Program-made: the position numbers and the translations under genes
Notes under the pieces: generated by a model
What the model was told of the DNA's origin: nothing
The model's input: the letters and a program-made list of their open reading frames with translations, nothing else
Databases searched by the model: none
Shown: positions 1-7,201 of the stretch, in pieces
How the letters are laid out: each line of letters starts with the position of its first letter
How positions within the stretch are numbered: the first letter of the stretch is position 1
Virus record (IMG/VR): IMGVR_UViG_3300029310_000130
Span: 1-7,201 of that record
Reading direction: 5' to 3' (one strand)
Length of the DNA: 7,201 nucleotides
Source: a virus
Lineage: Duplodnaviria; Heunggongvirae; Uroviricota; Caudoviricetes

Positions 1-1846
1 ACTTCTTATGAAGTGCATCACCAACAAGTCGTCGTTGCTTATTGAGATTTGCATAAGTTAATGCGCCGTTCTTGCCTGGATTAACTGCCCGAAAGACTCT
101 CTTTTCAATAGGGTCAAGGTTTTTCATCCCGCCAAGATCTTCTGCCACCTGTTTGAGCATTGACCTTGTTGATGGCGCATCAATTTTTGCACCTGCAGGC
201 ATCGCCTTTTCAACATTGCGATAAAGCTGGTCGCTTCGTTTCATCAGCGCAGACATTCTTCCATTGATCGTATCAATAAACTTGTCGCTCATACCAAGAG
301 CATCTTTTGCACCGGAAACGCGATCAATTATCTCCCCCGCGCCATGTGCTAGTTGCCTGATTGCTTCATTTTCCTGCACCCGTAGAGCAGAACCCGCACG
401 GGACTTGATTGCTTGCTCAACTGCCTTGTATTGCTCGTTCCCGGAAAAGTGTGAAGGGAGTAATGAATCAACATTAAGCCTTTCAGCAGACTCCAGAACT
501 TCAGCCTGAGGATTGATATCTAGTTCATCAAGCGATGAAGCGAGATTTGGCCTTTTTTGTGCTGCTACTGTGCGAACGACCTCCTCTGGGTCCCTCGCCG
601 CAGGCGTCATTGGTACACCTTGTGCTGCTCTTGCCTCTGCGGCATGAACCGCAGGATTTGTTGCTGCAGCGGCATCACCGGAGAATGGTGATGTTTCTGT
701 TGGCGCAGTACCGGAGAATGGTGATGTTTCTGTTGGCGCAGTGGTCGCTCTCTGTGCAGATGTTTTATTGCCACTAATTATATTTGATGCACCACGAACA
801 CCACGGGTAACGCCATTTATCAGGCCATGCGTAGCAATGTTAAGTCCGGCATTAATAGCGGCATTTTCGGCAAAATCACCCCGTTGATTCGCCGCGTCAG
901 CGAGAGAACCAATGACCATGTTTCCAGCTACTCCTGCTCCAGGAACAAGATAACCGCCTATTGACTCTCCAGCTTGCGCATAAGGGTCTGTCGGTCGATC
1001 TACTGGACGATAGACATCGTCCAAAACCTTGGGGCCACCAAGCCCCTGGCTGATTGCATTAATCAGACTTGCGCCACCCTGCAATACGTCAAATGGTATG
1101 TTTACCAGACCACGACCAGCCTGCTCTGCAATTTGCCCTGCACTTTGACCACCTGTGAGCCAATCGCCAGCTTGTTGCATCAATGATGGTTCTTCACGTG
1201 CTGGTTCATTATTGGCCTGATTAACTGTTTGTTGCTGAACAGGTTTCGGTGCGACAGAACTTACGGGTTGAGGTGGCTGCTGACTGGCTGCCTGCTGCTC
1301 AATCTGAGCAAATGGATTATTTGGGTCTGACTGCACACCTGATGTCGATACTTGTTCGGATGACTGTGCTTCCAGTTGTGCAAACGGGTTGTTAGGGTCT
1401 TGCTGAGGATGTACCTTTGCAGAGGTGGCGCGCTGTTCGACTGTTGAGTCTGTCACCGGGTCACCCGCCCATTGAGCAAAGCGATCATCAACGTAACCGC
1501 GGCCTTCAGGTCCTGGCGTATATTCACCACGCTTTGCCTTCATAACGTTGCCGGGACCGTCGTGATAAGCCTGAAGAGCATCACGCCAGTTACCAAACTG
1601 CTGGTACATCTTTGCCAGATAGCGCGCGCCAGCGTCAGCCTGATATTCGGGGTTTTGCATTTGCTCATCGGTATAACCCATATCACGCCATGTCCCAGGC
1701 ATGACCTGAGTCAATCCTACAGCCCCGGCGGAGCTTACTGCGGCAGGGTTGTAAGAAGACTCCTTGGCACCCAGTGCAGTCATCAACCCTTCTGGCACAC
1801 CGTAACGTGCGCCAGCCTGCTCTAACAAATCACGGTAATTAGCCAT
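1..1846 (-). CDS. Third ejection (internal virion) protein in the P22 gene-16 position, with N-terminal lytic transglycosylase (SLT) domain; partial, 3' end lies beyond window start (at least 615 codons)
   Basis: Not in the ORF track because no stop occurs in-window. Manual translation of the minus strand from ATG at 1846-1844 shows no stop codon down to position 2. Start is TAAATG-coupled to the upstream gene stop (TAA 1849-1847) with a GGGG Shine-Dalgarno about 6 nt upstream. N-terminus reads [62 protein letters not shown]...[12 protein letters not shown]. Position immediately after the gp20 homologue matches P22 gene order 7-20-16. Confidence 0.8.
   Translation of the reverse strand, partial: MANYRDLLEQAGARYGVPEGLMTALGAKESSYNPAAVSSAGAVGLTQVMPGTWRDMGYTDEQMQNPEYQADAGARYLAKMYQQFGNWRDALQAYHDGPGNVMKAKRGEYTPGPEGRGYVDDRFAQWAGDPVTDSTVEQRATSAKVHPQQDPNNPFAQLEAQSSEQVSTSGVQSDPNNPFAQIEQQAASQQPPQPVSSVAPKPVQQQTVNQANNEPAREEPSLMQQAGDWLTGGQSAGQIAEQAGRGLVNIPFDVLQGGASLINAISQGLGGPKVLDDVYRPVDRPTDPYAQAGESIGGYLVPGAGVAGNMVIGSLADAANQRGDFAENAAINAGLNIATHGLINGVTRGVRGASNIISGNKTSAQRATTAPTETSPFSGTAPTETSPFSGDAAAATNPAVHAAEARAAQGVPMTPAARDPEEVVRTVAAQKRPNLASSLDELDINPQAEVLESAERLNVDSLLPSHFSGNEQYKAVEQAIKSRAGSALRVQENEAIRQLAHGAGEIIDRVSGAKDALGMSDKFIDTINGRMSALMKRSDQLYRNVEKAMPAGAKIDAPSTRSMLKQVAEDLGGMKNLDPIEKRVFRAVNPGKNGALTYANLNKQRRLVGDALHKK
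677..742 (-). repeat. Perfect 33-bp in-frame tandem duplication (2 copies) encoding [11 protein letters not shown] twice
   Basis: Plus-strand 677-709 (accggagaatggtgatgtttctgttggcgcagt) is identical to 710-742. 33 bp is 11 codons, so the reading frame is preserved. Confidence 0.9.
1256..1399 (-). repeat. Imperfect 72-bp (24-aa) tandem repeat encoding a Q/P/N/S-rich linker
   Basis: Two adjacent 24-codon units both begin DPNNPFAQ(L/I)E: unit 1 at 1399..1328 ([24 protein letters not shown]), unit 2 at 1327..1256 ([24 protein letters not shown]). Nucleotide similarity is visible, e.g. gagcaaatggattatttgggtc vs gtgcaaacgggttgttagggtc. Confidence 0.7.
1487..1819 (-). other. Lytic transglycosylase (SLT family) catalytic domain within the ejection protein
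   Basis: Canonical SLT motifs seen in translation: catalytic E-S (AKESSYNP, Glu codon at 1762-1760), GL(T/M)Q-x-MP-x-T ([10 protein letters not shown]) and AY(N/H)xG (AYHDGPGNV). Domain borders are approximate. Confidence 0.75.
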
Positions 1847-3178
1847 TTACTGCCCCAAAGATGGAAGATATCCGTAGCGATTAATGAAGTCGATTGACAG
1901 CTCGGGGTGCTGCTTCAGGTAATCTATAGAAGCCTGAGGCGCTTCCACTCGCTTGATACCGTTTTGCTGAACGTACTTACCAACCGCCTCATTACGCTTC
2001 TGGTTGAGCGTGTTCAGGATGACGCCAGCGTTGCGACGAAAGGACTCCTCGCTCTGCGAGTTCTGCAGCGAACCAACAGCCTGGTCGAGCTTTTTGCCCT
2101 CGGCATCAGAAAGTGCGCCCATGCCTCGCATGGCCTGAACCGCTGTCAGGTATGCTTGTGATTTAAAGGTATCAAGTCGTGCCTGAGTGTCTGCAGCCTG
2201 TGAGCCTGGAACGTTGGGGATTACTCCACGTAAGCCTGTAATGCTCTTAAGTGAAGGAGAACTAACGATATCGTTCAGAGTGAACATGCTGGTTGTGAGG
2301 GTGTTGATGCCGTCTTTGTAGCCATCATTTAGCGCTTGCTGCTTCTGCTGCAACTGCTGGTTGTTGGCTGCTATGCGGCTCTGTATTTCCTGGCGCTTCA
2401 GGTCGTTAGTTTCTGCTGATAGCATCCGGTCAAGGCGCTTATTTTCGTTGTTAATGCGGTTTGTTTCTGCGTCCAGATTAATGCGCTGCTGACCTAAATT
2501 CGCCTGGATATCTTGCCCGCGCATTGTGATTGCCTGATTCCGAGCGGCGGTTTGCGAATCCAGATCCTGACCGCGCATGGTAACCTGGCGACCCTGCATT
2601 TTATCCTGTAGGTCAAAGTATTTTTCGGGCCCGAGACTGTTCATCCCCAGGTGATCGACAAATTCGCCGAACTGTCGCGGGTTCTGTTGGTACATCTGAG
2701 CGACGTCATGAGGATTAACGCCAACACGAGCTAACTCACCGGCGTTGTTTTGCAGCCATGATTGCATTGCTTCTGGAGACGATGACGCAAGGCGTGCGCC
2801 AGCCGCTAAGGTGCCGATAGAATTGCGCTGCTCTTCATCAATGAATCCCATGCCTTTACGAACAGATTCAATCTGGTCTGGATATTGAGTAGCCAACTGA
2901 CGCAAAGCACCGCGATCACCAGACGCATAAGCATTAGCGTATGCCTGCTGAAATTCTTTCTGCCGCTGAGCCTGCTTTTCCTGCTGAAACACCCCTGCAA
3001 TACCTGAAAGACCTTGCAAAGCAGTCAGCCCAACATTGTTAGCGCCTGAACGCTCAATATCATTGTTCTGCCTGATAAGCTGAAGCGTATTGCCGATGTC
3101 ATTTACGCTCGGAGCGTTTGAGTTGACGCCGCCGATACCAGCTAACAATCCGCCATTTGATCCTTGCCAAGTAGCCAT
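1847..3178 (-). CDS. gp20: Ejection protein, P22 gp20-like (443 aa)
   Basis: ORF-track ORF with ATG at 3178-3176, preceded by TAAGGGGTAATC (gp7 stop then GGGG Shine-Dalgarno). Sits between the gp7 homologue and the third ejection protein as in P22. Q/N/A-rich with predicted coiled-coil character (LQQKQQALNDGYKD...). Size is close to P22 gp20 (about 470 aa as I recall). Identity is by synteny and composition rather than exact sequence recall. Confidence 0.75.
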   Translation of the reverse strand: MATWQGSNGGLLAGIGGVNSNAPSVNDIGNTLQLIRQNNDIERSGANNVGLTALQGLSGIAGVFQQEKQAQRQKEFQQAYANAYASGDRGALRQLATQYPDQIESVRKGMGFIDEEQRNSIGTLAAGARLASSSPEAMQSWLQNNAGELARVGVNPHDVAQMYQQNPRQFGEFVDHLGMNSLGPEKYFDLQDKMQGRQVTMRGQDLDSQTAARNQAITMRGQDIQANLGQQRINLDAETNRINNENKRLDRMLSAETNDLKRQEIQSRIAANNQQLQQKQQALNDGYKDGINTLTTSMFTLNDIVSSPSLKSITGLRGVIPNVPGSQAADTQARLDTFKSQAYLTAVQAMRGMGALSDAEGKKLDQAVGSLQNSQSEESFRRNAGVILNTLNQKRNEAVGKYVQQNGIKRVEAPQASIDYLKQHPELSIDFINRYGYLPSLGQ

Positions 3179-3187
3179 GATTACCCC

Positions 3188-3880
3188 TTAAAACAACGAG
3201 CCAAGCAATCCGATACCAGCACCAATTCCAGCGCCCCAAGGTGTTGATGTTCCCAAAAGGCTGGCAAGACCTGCACCGGCAATCGCACCAGACGTGCCAC
3301 CGCTAATTGCAGTCTGAAGACTTGATGGTTTATTGGCATTAGCAGCGGCAAGAGCTGCGCTTTGCTGTGCAATGCTGCTCATGTTGTTGGCGTACGTCTG
3401 CCCGGCGTTTGCCTGACCTTGCAGCGCACCAAGCCCAACGTTTGCCAGATTGTTGTAATTGCTCATCTGATTTGATAACCAAGACTGACCGAGTGTCGGC
3501 GCGATCGTAGCCAGTTGATTGCTTGTGGCTGTCGAACCAAGTCCACCCGTCGCCTCCGCAGCAGCAAGACTCTGGTAACGCGCCTGACCTGCAAGGTCTT
3601 TATACTGCTGAGAGTTGTAATACTGATTAAGTGCCTGCCCCTGACCTTCTAAACTGGAAAGATTCTGAAGCTGGTTAACATACTGCTCCGCAAGCGGCGT
3701 GAACGGAGCAAGGTTTTTCATGATCGTCTGCCACTGCTGATTTTGCAGGTCTGCGGCATACTTCTGAGCTTCTGCTGCATACTTTGCGCTTTTATCAGAG
3801 CTGCCACCTTTCCCGCCTTTTTCAGGACAATAAGGTTCCTCGCTGCGCAGTTTTCTGCCCAGCTTAAATGCATATAACAT
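3188..3880 (-). CDS. gp7: Ejection protein, P22 gp7-like (230 aa)
   Basis: N-terminus MLYAFKLGRKLRSEEPYCPEKGGKGGS matches my recollection of the P22 gp7 N-terminal leader region. Gly/Ala-rich C-terminal tail (GAGIGAGIGLLGSLF). ATG at 3880-3878 with GGGAGA Shine-Dalgarno upstream. Length matches P22 gp7 (about 229 aa). Confidence 0.85.
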   Translation of the reverse strand: MLYAFKLGRKLRSEEPYCPEKGGKGGSSDKSAKYAAEAQKYAADLQNQQWQTIMKNLAPFTPLAEQYVNQLQNLSSLEGQGQALNQYYNSQQYKDLAGQARYQSLAAAEATGGLGSTATSNQLATIAPTLGQSWLSNQMSNYNNLANVGLGALQGQANAGQTYANNMSSIAQQSAALAAANANKPSSLQTAISGGTSGAIAGAGLASLLGTSTPWGAGIGAGIGLLGSLF

Positions 3881-3882
3881 GG

Positions 3883-4338
3883 CTATCTCCCGTGATTCAG
3901 GAAGTCGATTAGTTCTTCGCGTGTGGCGCTGTAAAACGTCACGTCATCCACGCCTTTGAAGTATTTCTTGATGGTTCCTACACGCTTAAGGCCAATCATT
4001 GCGCAGTACATCTGCCCGTGGCGGAATTTGCGTGCAGCGAACGATGTGACGCACTGAACGGTGGTGTTAGTCAGAATGTATCGCCAGAACGCCAGACCGA
4101 TTTCCTTGCTGAAGCCGCGAATCTCTGGCAGGTACATGGCGTGGCAATCGAATGTAAGAGGCTGAATTTCCTGATAGTAAACAATGCCGCCGAACTGCCC
4201 GTGCACGTTCACCTCAAAGTAACGGCATTCAGGTTTGTAGTCGTATCCATCACCGTTGTTGCTCCCGGAGATAATGTCAGGGTGATTTCCTACTGCTTCG
4301 ATCAGGTCGATGTTTCGCGTTGGTTTGAATGTAATCAT
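3883..4338 (-). CDS. Protein in the P22 gene-14 position (151 aa); presumed virion-assembly/ejection accessory protein
   Basis: ORF-track ORF whose ATG (4338-4336) overlaps the gp26 stop as TGATG. Lies between the tail needle and gp7 genes exactly where P22 gene 14 sits. I cannot confirm sequence identity to P22 gp14 from memory. Confidence 0.6.
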   Translation of the reverse strand: MITFKPTRNIDLIEAVGNHPDIISGSNNGDGYDYKPECRYFEVNVHGQFGGIVYYQEIQPLTFDCHAMYLPEIRGFSKEIGLAFWRYILTNTTVQCVTSFAARKFRHGQMYCAMIGLKRVGTIKKYFKGVDDVTFYSATREELIDFLNHGR

Positions 4339-5039
4339 CAGTCAATCAGCCCATGTAATCTAAGTGCTGTTTCAAGCGCCAGAATACGCTGCCGCGCCTG
4401 CTGCAAACCTGTAGCGAGAGCTGCGACTTCGGATTGTGTGTACGTAGTGCCGACCGTGTATGACTGGTTAGCGTTGAATGAGCCAAGAAGTGGCGTACCT
4501 GTGGCTGCAGTCCATCCGGTCTGTCTTGCTCCAACGACCTGAATTCCATCAACTGAATATGATGTTTTTACATCCAGCGGTGACGCAAGAGACTGCGATT
4601 CGGTTACAGTTTTCGATACGTAATCACTCTTAATGTCAGATACATCGCTTTCTACGCCATCCAGTCTTTTGTCAACAGTGACCAGATGCGCCTGAATATC
4701 GATAACCTCATCCAGCAAGTAATCAACATCGCTACGCAGTACGACTATCTTCCCTTCGGCGGTTGTTAACCTGACCTCAAGTAGATTTATCGCTTTTGTG
4801 TTTGCGGTGATTCTTGCGTCGTGATCAGCCAGTTCGACGTCCTGTTCATCGTTTTTCACCTGAGCATCGTAAGCGCCCTGACCAGCCTGATTTGCCTTCC
4901 CGGCAATTGCGCCAACATCAGCTCCCTGATTTATGACATACAGCAGATAAGACTGGCTGAATATATTGCGTGGCAAAATTGAAGCATCAAGGCGCGTAGC
5001 CTGAACCGCGACAGGATTATTCAGTGATGAATCCGCCAT
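4338..5039 (-). CDS. gp26: Tail needle / plug protein, P22 gp26-like (233 aa)
   Basis: N-terminus [73 protein letters not shown] and C-terminus ...[13 protein letters not shown]...[34 protein letters not shown] closely match my recollection of P22 gp26. Same length as P22 gp26. ATG at 5039-5037 overlaps the gp10 stop (TAATG). Confidence 0.9.
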   Translation of the reverse strand: MADSSLNNPVAVQATRLDASILPRNIFSQSYLLYVINQGADVGAIAGKANQAGQGAYDAQVKNDEQDVELADHDARITANTKAINLLEVRLTTAEGKIVVLRSDVDYLLDEVIDIQAHLVTVDKRLDGVESDVSDIKSDYVSKTVTESQSLASPLDVKTSYSVDGIQVVGARQTGWTAATGTPLLGSFNANQSYTVGTTYTQSEVAALATGLQQARQRILALETALRLHGLID

Positions 5040-6395
5040 TACTCAATCCTTATCTGGCAGCCAGACAGAGTGACAGGTGACTTCGTGATAACGCGCAATT
5101 TGAAGCCGACATTTTTCCTGATGCGCCCGACCCGCTTCCACAAAACGCGTTTGTCGTAAACGAACGGTTCATTCTGCTCAATCATCTGCTCACGACCGTA
5201 ATTTATGCCGTCAGTGGTTGCAGAGAGGAACAGGCGGTCAGCATACTGCGCAACGCCAGTTGAAGATTCAACTTCAAGGTCGAAAACTCTGGCGTTATCC
5301 GCTTTGAACAGTGGAGTAAACAGCAGGTGTTCCTGCTGCTTGTCGTACTGGCTGCTGATGTCGAATTGCAATTTCCCGGTCACGGAATCCAGCTTATCGC
5401 CGCACGTTATCTGATTGCCTTCGTAAATGAAGTCGATAGCGCGGTACACATCGTCATACAGGCCTGTTTTCAGTACACACCATTGCGGACCATTGGCGCT
5501 TGAAGATGCGTCGTACACCAGAACATGGCGCGGAAGGTGGATAATCAGCAACTCATGCGCATCAAATCGCAGAGACTCCATCACGCCATCAGCCAGTTCA
5601 TCAGCAGTGTAGGAGCGGAGGATTTTCTCAATGCTCGCGCTGGCGATTGGTGACACCTGACCGGAGCCGATAATGTATACAGACGGCGCACCCGTTGCCG
5701 GATTGCTGATAAACGCATAGGAATCAGCAAACGGCGTTTTGCAGTAAGTTCCGGCGATGCCTTTTTGCACCATCAGTGATGGCTGTGCGACATACAAAGC
5801 AGCACCAACGGTGGTTGCGCCAGTCAGGGAGAAATATTCAATCGTCGATGAACCAAAGCAGACGATGAAGTCTCGCCATGTGCCGATACCGATGATGCCG
5901 TCAGGCTGCGACTCGGCACGATATTGTGCGCTGTATCGGTCAGGGTGCGATTCGTCTTCAAGATCAGTGATAAACCATGAATCAGTGCCGTCTTTTGACC
6001 ACGCATAACGCCCACGTAAGCGTGTAATGTCGCGGACTGAACCTAACTCATACTGTGTGAATCCGCTGTCTGTAGGCCAGTTTGAGACGGTTTTAACCGC
6101 GCCATCATAGCGATACTCGACCAGTTGACCATTAACGCCTACCGCCTGTGATGTCCGACCATGCGCCATTGATACGCGACCACTTCCGGCAACATCACCA
6201 ACCTCGCTTTCTCCTTTGTACAGTTTGCCACCACATACGCGATAAACAGCACTCTGCGCCATGTTGTACTCGACGCCGCGAGATACACCGTTCACATCAG
6301 AACGTTTGGCAATGCCCGGGAATGAGCGAAGATATCCGCTGCTGTTNNNNNNNNNNGCCGACACCTTTCATAAGCGGAAGTTGCTGAATAGGCAT
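5039..6395 (-). CDS. gp10: Tail hub / packaged-DNA stabilisation protein, P22 gp10-like; interrupted by a 10-N gap near the 5' end
   Basis: The 441-aa track ORF ([15 protein letters not shown]...[17 protein letters not shown]) matches my recollection of P22 gp10 and is close in length to it. The true start is the ATG at 6395-6393 (overlapping the gp4 stop as TAATG), encoding [13 protein letters not shown] before the N-run. The GTG at 6364 used by the ORF track is an artefact of the gap. Confidence 0.85.
6347..6356. other. Assembly gap (run of 10 N) inside the gp10 coding sequence
   Basis: Ten consecutive n characters. The reading frames on either side of the gap are offset by 1 nt, so the true missing length is not 10. 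Confidence 0.95.
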
Positions 6396-6895
6396 TATTC
6401 GCTCCCGTTATCGCAAGGTTCCTTTCGGTGGAAGTAATTCCAACCATTCCACTTCGCCAACTGGTTACCACTACCAACAGGCATACGGTTTGGATAACCG
6501 GACTTACATTTAGCTGCTTTTGCCCTGTCCATTGCAGACAGTTTGACGAGTCGCTCTTTCCCGTATCTGGCAGTGGTTATAAGTTTTGCAGACGCTTCCA
6601 GCGCATAATCTGGAGCAATTCGGCAGGCAAGGTTGAAAATGACGGCATTGATAGCGTTATTTGATAAGCCGTGCTCATCGCCCGGATCTGGAGCGACATC
6701 TGCATCAGCGAAAATGTAGCCAACGTTGATACCAGGTGACGCATCACCTCCAAGCCATTCAGCCATCATCATTTCAAGGTCGTTGACGCCGTCTTCCATA
6801 GACTGCGGTTCGACATCGGTTAACGTGGCATTTGATGCCACACCGAGCTTACGTAATGCCGCAAGGACTAAATCACCCTTCGTTGTCAGGTTCAT
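6395..6895 (-). CDS. gp4: Head-completion / tail-adaptor protein, P22 gp4-like (166 aa)
   Basis: [47 protein letters not shown]... resembles my recollection of the P22 gp4 N-terminus. Start chosen at ATG 6895-6893 (AAGG Shine-Dalgarno at 6908-6905, 9-nt spacer), giving 166 aa like P22 gp4. The longer track ORF begins at a TTG at 6961 and is rejected. Confidence 0.85.
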   Translation of the reverse strand: MNLTTKGDLVLAALRKLGVASNATLTDVEPQSMEDGVNDLEMMMAEWLGGDASPGINVGYIFADADVAPDPGDEHGLSNNAINAVIFNLACRIAPDYALEASAKLITTARYGKERLVKLSAMDRAKAAKCKSGYPNRMPVGSGNQLAKWNGWNYFHRKEPCDNGSE

Positions 6896-7201
6896 CTGCT
6901 GCCGCCTTAGGTTTTCGACTAGGCTTTTTACGCTGTTTTTTTTCTGGCTCTGGCTCTGCAATGGCCGGACGCAAACTCAGGAGTCGTCCAAGAACATCAT
7001 TTGCTTCATGACCATCCCACTCTTTCCCGAACTCAAGCTCAGTACCTTCAGGAAGGAACTCGATTTCTTCAACAGGTAGGTGATAAGTGATTTCGCCTTC
7101 TGGAGTGGTGATACCAGCAATGATCCAGCCATCCCACTCTTCACCGTCACTGTGTTTGCGAGACCACCACGAAAGCTCAGCGTAAGCATGCATCAGCGAT
7201 G
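6873..7201 (-). CDS. Hypothetical small acidic protein upstream of gp4; 5' end may lie beyond the window
   Basis: 106-aa track ORF from ATG at 7193. The frame stays open upstream to the window edge, so the true start may be outside. Composition: 24 Asp/Glu vs 13 Lys/Arg, with the first 66 residues 17 acidic vs 3 basic. Repeated EWDG motif (EEWDGW, KEWDGH). Basic tail [13 protein letters not shown]. Stop TGA at 6875-6873 lies 23 nt inside gp4. Function not recognised. Confidence 0.55.
   Translation of the reverse strand, partial: SLMHAYAELSWWSRKHSDGEEWDGWIIAGITTPEGEITYHLPVEEIEFLPEGTELEFGKEWDGHEANDVLGRLLSLRPAIAEPEPEKKQRKKPSRKPKAAADEPDNEG

Noticed and set aside
264-1825. Plus-strand ORFs 264..509, 535..777, 974..1186 and 1472..1825 from the track
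   Set aside because: All lie antisense to the continuous minus-strand ejection protein ORF, which has recognisable SLT motifs. Their translations are Cys/Leu/Arg-rich and junk-like, with no Shine-Dalgarno context that I could see. Typical shadow ORFs.
2505-2600. Short imperfect repeat in gp20 (VTMRGQDLDS / ITMRGQDIQA; cgcgcattgtgattgcctg vs cgcgcatggtaacctggcg)
   Set aside because: Weak, short and consistent with ordinary heptad-like periodicity in a coiled-coil-rich ejection protein.
4018-4542. 174-aa plus-strand ORF spanning the gp14/gp26 junction
   Set aside because: Antisense to two recognised minus-strand genes; product is Cys-rich and low-complexity with no recognisable motif. Considered as a possible embedded antisense gene but nothing supports it.
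5039-6364. gp10 start at GTG 6364 as given by the ORF track
   Set aside because: Artefact of the N gap. A proper ATG start, stop-overlapping with gp4, exists at 6395-6393 upstream of the gap.
1907-6664. Other short track ORFs inside the gp20-gp10 region (1907..2161 +, 2806..3000 -, 3181..3372 -, 4346..4552 -, 5205..5414 +, 5427..5612 +, 5757..6008 +, 5824..6015 -, 6148..6387 +, 6292..6477 -, 6428..6664 +)
   Set aside because: Each is wholly inside or out of frame with a well-supported structural gene. Two of them run across the N gap and carry X residues.
6895-6961. Longer gp4 ORF starting at 6961 ([22 protein letters not shown]...)
   Set aside because: That start is a TTG with no obvious Shine-Dalgarno. 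The internal ATG at 6895 has a good AAGG Shine-Dalgarno and yields a P22-gp4-like N-terminus and the expected 166 aa.
6726-7189. Plus ORF 6726..7079 and minus ORF 6977..7189
   Set aside because: They overlap the acidic ORF and gp4 in other frames. Translations are low-complexity (S/L/K-rich or F/L-rich) and less protein-like than the 106-aa acidic ORF.
1-7201. Search for a defence/anti-defence island, toxin-antitoxin pair, integrase, tRNA, CRISPR array, att site or promoter/terminator
   Set aside because: No non-coding stretch longer than about 10 nt, no direct-repeat/spacer periodicity, no tRNA-like sequence noticed, and every gene fits the P22-like structural module by synteny. Nothing supports such a call in this window.

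Overview
The window is almost entirely coding on the minus strand: eight co-directional, tightly packed genes matching the virion-completion and DNA-ejection module of a P22-like podovirus (phage or prophage of an enterobacterial host, probably Salmonella or E. coli). Read along the minus strand from window end to start, the order is: small acidic ORF of unknown function (6873..7201, may start beyond the window), gp4 head-completion/tail-adaptor (6395..6895), gp10 tail hub (5039..6395, interrupted by a 10-N assembly gap), gp26 tail needle (4338..5039), gp14-position protein (3883..4338), gp7 ejection protein (3188..3880), gp20 ejection protein (1847..3178), and a large third ejection protein in the gene-16 position (1846 to beyond position 1). 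That last gene is absent from the ORF track because it has no in-window stop; I translated it by hand and it is open for at least 615 codons. It begins with a clear lytic-transglycosylase (SLT) domain, followed by a Q/P-rich repeat linker and a perfect 33-bp in-frame tandem duplication. Gene junctions are overlapping or near-contiguous (TAATG, TGATG, TAAATG), so there is no room for internal promoters or terminators. I see no tRNA, CRISPR array, integrase, transposase or recognisable defence system. All plus-strand ORFs in the track look like antisense shadow ORFs. Honest assessment: this is a conventional P22-like structural/ejection operon, and I did not find a previously undescribed system. 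The most interesting points are the SLT-bearing, repeat-containing ejection protein, the unknown acidic ORF upstream of gp4, and an A8 tract where a 1-nt change would fuse that ORF to gp4. Protein identifications rest on manual translation, synteny and my recollection of P22 protein sequences; no database search was possible.
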